A DNA stretch of 64,000 nt from Octopus sinensis. Lineage: Eukaryota. The DNA is taken from NCBI RefSeq assembly GCF_006345805.1, contig NC_042998.1:165416001-165480000 (forward strand), given 5' to 3'. Every line of letters starts with the position of its first letter. Position 1 is the stretch's first letter. The position numbers and the translations under genes are program-made. Below are positions 54,861-64,000 of this stretch, piece by piece. A model generated the notes under the pieces. That model saw only the letters and a list, made by a program, of their open reading frames with translations. It was not told where the DNA came from and ran no database searches.

Positions 54861-55383
54861 CTGCGTAAGTTTATATGTATGTATATAGTGTGCATGCATG
54901 TGGTGGGGTGTACGCACACAAATATGCATACATACACATATAAATTTTATGATGGGCTTTAAATGCACGACACATTACCATAAGAATGCATTAAATTCCT
55001 TATTTTCCAATATTGCACACTAAACAAGCCGTAAAGCTGCGTATATCTCGAGTTAGGGTACACACTGACAAGAGGTCTCATAAAATGAAAATAATGACAG
55101 AAAACAGCTATTGATATTTGGATAATTTTATAGATGGGATGGATTTGTAAATATTAAATTATATAGATATAAACATATGGAATTTATAAGATTATCGAAA
55201 GGAACGTAATGGGGGTTTAGAAAAATCAGTTTTATTTTCTGTTATTATTTCAATTGTTTATATAGTGTGTGCATATGTGTGTGTACTTATATGAATATAT
55301 TTATATTTATATATATCATATATATATTATATATACTATATATATGTGTGTGTGTGTGTGTGTTGTGTGTGTGTGTGTGTGTG

Positions 55384-55779
<396 letters not shown>

Positions 55780-55835
55780 CCACACACACATATATACATA
55801 CAATAAATACATACAAACATACATATATACATATA

Positions 55836-56051
55836 TGAGGGGCTGCTGAAAAGTTCCTGGCTTTAAGTGTATCGCGAAAGGCTTAGTTGGAGGCGCAACC
55901 TACCTAGTTCTTTTACAGGGCTTAGTGAAACTGAAGGGCTACTCCCATAGGTGTGTGAATCTGAGAGGGGAATATGTTGAATAAAATCATAATTAAATGA
56001 TCCTCCTATATTTTCTTTTACCCAAAGAGAGGAACTTTTCAGCGCCTCTCG
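55836..56051. mobile_element. 216-bp mariner-type MITE with TA target duplication
   Basis: TA-tgaggggctgctgaaaagttcct ... aggaacttttcagcgcctctcg-TA. Confidence 0.9.
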
Positions 56052-56620
56052 TATATATGTAAGCATATATATATATATATATATATATATCTGTGTGCAT
56101 TATGTATGTATGTATGTATGTACGTATGTATGTATGCATATATGTATGTATGCATGCATGCATATATATGCTAAGCAGTGATTAGAAATAAACAAACTTG
56201 AGGTTAGTTAAAGTATGTTTCTGGTATATTATAACTTCGAAAGGCAAATTCACTGTAGTTTTATCGTAGAGAACAATTTTTTTATAGTAAACGGTATAAA
56301 AATTGGTTTCTAGTTAAAGCTATGGCTTTGAATTTGTCCAAGGATCTCTTTCATTGGTATTTAACATTGAGGAAGGCTAAAAATAAAGAAATGGTTGTCT
56401 GGTAATCCGATAGAAGGTAGCACTGAACAGGTATGGTGCTTTAACTACTTTTACTCTGAGAGAGAATTAGTGTATTTTCTCTCCACTTTGCCTTTCGACG
56501 TTAAACTATGTCACAAACAGAATTTAAGCAATCTAAAGTTCATATATATATATATATGTATGTATATATGTATGTATGCACACGCATCACACACACACAC
56601 ACACTCACACACACATGTAA

Positions 56621-56663
<43 letters not shown>

Positions 56664-57704
56664 TATATGATAACGGATTCTCTTGTCGTGAACGACAAAT
56701 ACGAGTTCAGTAAAATAAAATGTTAATCATGTACGATTGACACGAATGCGTCTCATGAGACCTGCTGGTGCTTTGTAGACATTTTGGCAAATGGAACAAG
56801 TTGAGGACTCAGTTTGCTTGAGTGCTTGTGACTCATTCATTATGTATGTGTGTACGTATGTATGCATGTGTACGGAAGCGCGCGCGCGCACCCACCACCA
56901 CCACCACCACATATATATGCGCACGCGCGCACGCAATACACGTATTTCTACAGCAGACAAACGGTTCGCTCTGGACGCTTTTAATTCTCGCTTTCGTGAT
57001 TGTAAACTGTCCACATTTTATTGTTATCGAAGGCATAAACCTCGCATTCAATTTCTAGCATTCGGTTTTGTATTGTTTAATCTCACACACGTAATCCTGT
57101 TTGAGTTACGACGCAAAAATCATCCCTCAATAATTTTGTTTAAAATGTTATTTCTTTTGCTATTCCTTCACTTATATCACTCTCTTTCAGAATTATTGTT
57201 TAATAAGTCTGTTTTTCTTACAAATCTATCTAAACTAACTTTCATTATGGTAGCTTTTGGCTTATAATTGTATATTTGAAATCCATTTTTTTCTTTCGCT
57301 ACAAAACATTCACTGATTAGACAACCATGAAATTCTCTTTTGAAAGCCTATTTCATTACCAACTCTTTTATTTCCGCATCCTAGAGGACAGAGAAGCACT
57401 TTTAAACAATATTCAATTATACTGTATAACTGAATAGCCTACTGCTGTTGAACTGAAACTGTTTTTTCATATTATTTAATTTACCTCTTTATGTGATCAA
57501 AGGACTATATTTTTTTTTATTTTCATGATTGTTCTCTTTTAATATAACATTAAGTTCCAACTAGCAATGGGTGGAAATATACACATGAAACATAAACAGA
57601 TCAGAGACAGAGGTCAAATCGCTGGTAGCGTACCATTTTACAGCAAATATATATACAGGTACAATATCGATTTGTGTGTGTATGTATGCGTGTATGTGTG
57701 TGTT

Positions 57705-57749
<45 letters not shown>

Positions 57750-58289
57750 TATATAATATATATATATGTATGTATGTATATATTTGCGTATGTATATATG
57801 GGTGTGTACATATATATATAGGCCTTTATTAAAAAATAAATTTTCTCTTCGAAAAGAAGTTTTCTTTTGTAGGGTTATGTTATCAAAGCGGGCGCCAGTT
57901 TTGCTCTATTATTGATTGATGATTCTGAATATTATTTGCGTGTTTATGAACTAATGTTCCTGGTTGGTTTGTTTTACAATTTTAATACATTTCACTTCAT
58001 GTTATAAAACAATGGCCACTTCTGTGCATAATGGCTGCTATTTTTTGCACTTCTCTCGAATGGAAAATTTATTTCAATTGCCTCTCAGTCGGAATAAATG
58101 ACTTGACATCCTATTTGCCTTATAATAGTCCAAAACTTCATGACACAGACAGTTTAACTTATCTCCATTTTTAGTTCCAAGTGAGTTCTGATTGAACATA
58201 TCGATGGTCAAACTACTTTATATCGCAGCAGCGAAATATCCCTTAAATCGTATCGTTTAGTCTGGAACAATAATAAAAAATAGAATATA

Positions 58290-58680
58290 GCGGCGAGCTG
58301 GCAGAAACGTTAGCACGCCGGGCGAAATGCTTAACAGTATTTCGTCTGCCGCTACGTTCTGAGTTCAAATTCCGCCGAGGTCGACTTTGCCTTTCATCCT
58401 TTCGAGGTCGATTAAATAAATACCAGTTACGCAATGGGGTCGATGTAATCGACTTAATCCGTTTTTCTGTCCTTGTTTGTCCTCTCTGTGTTTAGCCCCT
58501 TGTGGGTAGTAAAGAAATAGGTATTTCGTCTGCCGTTACGTTCTGAGTTCAAATTCCGCCGAGGTCGACTTTGCCTTTCATCCTTTCGGAGTCGATAAAG
58601 TAAGTACCAGTTACATTCTGGGTCGATCTAATCGACAGGCTTCCTCTCCCAAAAGTTCAGGCCTTGTACCTATAGTATTA
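58290..58680 (+). mobile_element. S2 SINE with two internal units
   Basis: Head ggcgagctggcagaaacgttagc; junctions at ~58337 and 58521. Confidence 0.9.
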
Positions 58681-58883
58681 CATAAGCGTTGATTGAAAAG
58701 AGATAGGATGGTCTTAACTGGAACATCTTTGATCATAATAAGCCTGCTCAAACAACAACAAAAATAGTATCTTTTATTGATCCGATTTTGAGCATTGTTG
58801 AAGAAACACTTCTTATCTCGCACAATGTAGCATCCTCTATTGGTTACACAACTTTCTTGAATACAAAGAGAGGATGTTGTCTT

Positions 58884-59002
58884 CAGCAGCAGCAGCAGCG
58901 ACGGTGGCGGCGACGGTGGCGGCGACAGTGGCGGCGACGGTGGCGGCGACGGTGGCGGCGACGGTGGCGGCGACGGTGGCGGCGACGGTGGCGGTGGGGA
59001 CT

Positions 59003-59034
<32 letters not shown>

Positions 59035-59067
59035 TCAAGCAGCAGCAGCAGCAGTAGTAGTCGTAGT

Positions 59068-59102
<35 letters not shown>

Positions 59103-59116
59103 TAGTAGTAGTAGTC
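58884..59116. repeat. Compound repeat (CAG)5-(GACGGTGGCGGC)8-(AGT/AGC)n
   Basis: Eight 12-mers at 58900-58995 flanked by trinucleotide tracts. Confidence 0.95.
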
Positions 59117-60092
59117 GTTAGTAATGGGGACGATTTCTGATGATTCTGAAAGGTTCTACGGGTCGTCGCTGTGGTTGTTGTTGTTGATGATGTCACTGTT
59201 CTTGTTCATGCTCAAGCTCATGTCAATGTTCTTTATCTTCATTGCTGCTGGTGTTGCTGCTGTTGTTATTTTTCTTGTTTTTCTTTTTTTATCGTCGTTT
59301 ATATTTATTCATATTGCGAGGGAAATTATTAATTTTTAGTAATGGCCGTCATTGTTCTTGAGAGTCGTTGTTGATATTATAGCTATTGTTGCTCTACGTT
59401 ATTTCTCCAGTTGCCATTGTTGTGGGCGTGATATGTTATCACTAAACACAAACAGTTATATTGAAGTAGAGCAGATTTCCTCCAAAGCTCACTTTTTATT
59501 TTCCATACCTTTATTATTCATATTGTTTTATTTATCTTCACAATTCATTGTTTGTTTGTTTTTTATTTCCGTATACCTACAAAGCAACGATGCATGTCGC
59601 AAAACACATCTGAAATCACACAGCGTTGCAATCCTAAGAGTAACACACATTGATATGCAAACGCATGCGCACATAAACACTTTCACTTTCCTATTTCACT
59701 CTTTTGCGTTTGTTTCCTTCCTTCTTCCTGTTAAATACTTGCTCATTCATAGATTATCTGTCCGTCACACTTTCTCGTTCCCGTTTTCAGTTCAGTTAGT
59801 TGCATGTGTGTATGTTAGCACGTATATACGTGTGTATGTGTATGTATATATATATATATATACACATATATATATATATATATATACATATATATATGTA
59901 TACATATATAAACAAAATAAACAAAGTAAACATAAATATATATACGTATGTATACATATATACGTACATATATATATATATGTATGTATATATATGTATA
60001 TATATATATATATAGATAGATGGATAGATGCATGTATATGGATATTTATGCATATGTATGCGTATATGCGTATATATACATACATACATACA

Positions 60093-60133
<41 letters not shown>

Positions 60134-60567
60134 GTAAATATGCATGAATACGTACACATCTATGTATATATACATTTATATGTATATAAGTATACGCACA
60201 CACACACACACACACATACACACTTGTACTTGCACATTTTTTCTCTATTGGTTCACGTTTTTCTCACTTCAGCAACCCTTTCTCTCCATCTCTCTCTCTC
60301 TCTCTCTTTCTTTTTCTGTTTTGCTCTCCCTCTTTCTCTCTCTCTCTCACTCGTTTGCTTTCAGAAATCGACGCACCTCTCTTTTACACACATATAGATG
60401 TGTGCGTATCCCTATCTCTCTCCCTCGCTTACTTTTTTCTATGTACGTACATTTATATATATATATATACATGCATAGGTACATACATACATATATACAC
60501 ATATATATGCATTCATATAGATACATATATACATATATATATATACATAAACACACACGTATACATA

Positions 60568-60619
<52 letters not shown>

Positions 60620-61233
60620 CAGACACCAATATTTATAGGTATATATATATATATATACTTATATGTATAATTGTGAATGTATGTATTTATGTATGTACAC
60701 ACATCCAAACAGCTGTATTCATTCCCCACCCAGTCTGTCTTCCCATGCATAATCTCTTCTATCTCATTATTACCTCTCTCTCCATATTTCTCATTCACTC
60801 TTCACTTCACCCACTTTTCCTGTCACTCAGTTCTACATGGAAAGCTATCGATTATGGCAAGTATTATAAAGAACATATTGGCGAAAATTGTTGATCAGTA
60901 ACCAACTGCACAATCCCTTATTGTTCAGTGTTATTAACGAGTACTTTACATTCGGCTGTGCCATACACTCCCCATACACCATATCCTACTCCACACCACC
61001 ACCACTGCTATATCATAAAACAGTGCATCACTAATTAGAATGGGTTTTTTTTCCTGATTTAATCTACTGTTACTGTGTCTACAGATGATGAAAATGGTAT
61101 CCATGCGATGGATGAACGGATGAAACAAATTGGTTAATGCAAATAATAACATCTATTCAATGTTGCATTATATATAAATATACATATATATGTGTGTGTG
61201 TGTGTGTGTCACATATATACATATATATACTCA

Positions 61234-61335
<102 letters not shown>

Positions 61336-61339
61336 AGAA

Positions 61340-61548
61340 CGCCATGATGGACCGTTAGCTCCTACACGCATTTTTTCTCTCCTTGTTTCTCTCCTTGTTT
61401 CTTTTCTGTGTATCTTTCTGTCGAAGAGCGTAGGCTCGAAACGTAAAAACCTGTTTTATTTCTAATCCTGAGCGTCATACTAATACAATTGTTGTTTGTA
61501 CTCCACCTGCCTTCGTCTTTTGTTTATTTTCGTAAACCTTCCCGTTAG
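61340..61548 (+). mobile_element. Repeat family B copy 3 (best-preserved hammerhead-like core)
   Basis: tcttt CTGTCGA a gagc-gtag-gctc GAAA cg TA aaa at 61413-61448. Confidence 0.8.
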
Positions 61549-62879
61549 ATATATATATATATATATATATAGCAGATACTTATCTCAGTAAACTAGATGT
61601 TGTATTAGTATTATTGTTTGTGGTGGTGGAGGTGACGGAAGGTACCTGTTCGTGCATACGCGTGTGTGAATATATGCATTTTGCTCTGTTTTGATTTGTG
61701 CAATATGTAGTTGTTTCATTCTTCCTCTTTGGCTGTGGATGAGATCGCAAAAATGGATTATTGCTGCTCATAAGTACTAAAACCTTGGTGTCAAGGACCA
61801 AAGATGTAATGTTCGTGTGGATGTTCGATGTGCTAAAATTAGCGGTGAAATCTTCTGCAAATTTCATCTAACCTTTCATTTTCGTTAAATAACGTGTTCA
61901 GATAAGAACAAAGCACGTAGTGATGGTTTTCTTTCTCGTCGAAGATAATCCGTGGAAGTTAGTAGATACAAAAACAGATTTAGTTAACGTTTTGGATACA
62001 TATTTTTCTAGGGAGAGAGGTGGGAAAAGAGAGAGAAAGTAAGTTAGAGAGAAGGAGAGAAAGAGCTTATGAAGGCCAACTCTAAAATTGGACTTTAGGA
62101 TTTTTCCCTTTCTGAATAGGACAGGTGTCCAAAACGTTGATTTTTTTTTCATCGCGCCCAGAGCTGACTTGGCTCACATAAGAACAATAGGGCCGCAAAT
62201 TTATAAGTATTTAACTAATGTTGGAGATATATTTTCATTTTTGGAGTCCTGGAGAAGGGAAAGTTTTTATGGCCTTCGCAGCTTCCCGCAAAGACTGATG
62301 AGATTAAATTTATCAACGTTTCTAGTAACACTTGCAGGAATAACATGAACTGAGAGGGAATCTTGAAGAGTGGATGTTCTGGGGAGAAAATGCTATGAGT
62401 TGTGGTTATTGTGTGACGTAGAGTGTTGCACATAACGTGGATGATAGAGGAAGATAAACAAGTGAGCCGTTAGTGTCCAAGTAGAGATAGCATGAAAATA
62501 CAATGTGTTGAGAAGAAATAACCATATATGGGTAGTAACGGATGAAATGCCATTGATCGTAACTCTATTCGATGTCAGTTATGACCTTAGATGAAACAAC
62601 AACAACTACAACCATTACAGAAGCAGAAGTAACACTGACAACAATAGTAAAATAACATCAACAGGGATTACTACAACATCTCAAATACACGGGTTGCGCC
62701 AAAACTAACGTAAAAGTGGTCACGAAAGATTTTATTGAAATTGATATAGGTCTCGGGTATTTCAAACCATATCCGGTAAGTTCGTCGTTATGAATACCCC
62801 GCAGGGAAAGTTCGCCGTTATCAATTCACCGCAAGGAAAGTTCGCCGTCATTGTGTTCACGGCGGTATAGGGGTGCAGG

Positions 62880-63440
62880 CTGTTCGATTCCCATAAAATG
62901 CTACAGATTATTTACGGAAGTGACACCATTGGCGAGAGCAATGTGCAAAGATGGATGAAGAACTTTAAACAGCGGTTAAAGCAGCATTAAAGACAAACTA
63001 CACAGTGAAAGAACATTAACTGCGACCATTTGCACGAATCACCATCGAATGAACGAACTGATTCACGTGGGCAATTAGTCTATGGTCACAATGCATTACA
63101 AACGATGAGGAAAGACTTTTGTATCTGAAAATAATATGCAAAGGGGTTGCCGCAGCATCTCACACTTGAATTGAAGGAGAGTGTGGTGGATATCAGCTCT
63201 ACTCTGCTTGATGTTTCTTGAAGCTAATGAAGACGTATCTTTCCAATCTGGTGACAGGGGACGAAACATGGGCGTAACTTCATGAGCCTGAAACAAGGGC
63301 TCAGTCCACGGAATGGCATTACACTTCTTCTACCCGGCCTAAGACGTTCAAGAACCAGCGATCAGTGCAGAAAGTCAGTCGAGGTAACTGTTTTGTAATA
63401 TAACAAAGGCGTCATTCTCTTTGATTTTTCTGGAATGTAG
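62880..63440 (+). mobile_element. Mariner transposase remnant, N-terminal half
   Basis: HKMLQIIYGSDTIGESNVQRWMKNFK; LVTGDETW at 63248-63271; HEPETRAQSTEW...RPKTFK; multiple stops and frameshifts. Confidence 0.88.
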
Positions 63441-64000
63441 ATGAGTAAGCAGTACATTGAGACACCCAAAAGGCTTAGAGAAAATAGGCTGCATCACTGA
63501 ATGCCCCAAACATTCTCGCTTACCGCTGCTGTGACGGTTTTCGTCTCCCTCATATATATTCTGTCTTTTTAAACACAACGCGTCCATCAGAGATATTGTC
63601 ACTTGCAAATACTGCAGCAAATTGATGTCATCTCTGTTATGATTTCAAATGAATTTTCTTTTATAATTGCCAAAATCATCATTTTCTTATTCTATAGTTT
63701 TCTAATTACGTACAGACAAATGGAAATTGTTTGTATTTTGCCCTAAAGTTATGTCCATCTCATTTTCTTTCAATATCAAGAGAGAATAATTTGAGAGATA
63801 TATACCTCCTATTTCTAGCAGATCGAGAGACTTCGTACAAGGTCCCTTTTAGCCTGGTTTCTCAGAAATATATATTTGCTCACATAGAGCCTTATTCTAA
63901 ATTCAATATTTTACGGAGCATAACATATATACATGTGTATGTATGTATACGTATGTATATATAAAACGAGTGTGTATGTGTATATATATATATATATATA

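Noticed and set aside
61580-61867. 95-aa minus ORF MKFAEDFTANFST... and the nearby 86-aa plus ORF at 62088
   Set aside because: No recognisable domain; the 95-aa ORF runs into simple-repeat sequence. Length is within chance expectation.

Overview
AT-rich, microsatellite-saturated eukaryotic DNA with one 100-N scaffold gap (32058-32157). I infer a cephalopod (Octopus-like) source from the SINE repertoire, the TA/CA/TATC repeat density and a decayed octopus-style C2H2 zinc-finger array. I cannot support any intact host protein-coding gene, and almost all listed ORFs are microsatellite translations. The window is a transposon graveyard. It holds a Penelope-like (PLE) GIY-YIG C-terminus, a Gypsy gag fragment, LINE remnants (L1/Tx1-like ORF1, CR1/L2 3' end, RTE RT), four Tc1/mariner remnants, two MITE types and four tRNA-derived SINE families (my labels S1-S4). 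The most interesting signal is three sequence-unrelated type I hammerhead-ribozyme-like motif families. Family A has a canonical core with a long helix II (25200-25286). Family B is an A6U variant inside a ~200-bp repeat with three copies. Family C is an inverted pair forming a 169-bp palindrome (41013-41181). Together with the PLE ORF end, these suggest several Penelope/retrozyme-type lineages. Other notable features are a SINE with a variable-copy internal 184-bp unit and a LINE-SINE pair sharing a 3' tail hairpin. All calls are by eye, coordinates of degraded elements are approximate, and ribozyme activity is untested.
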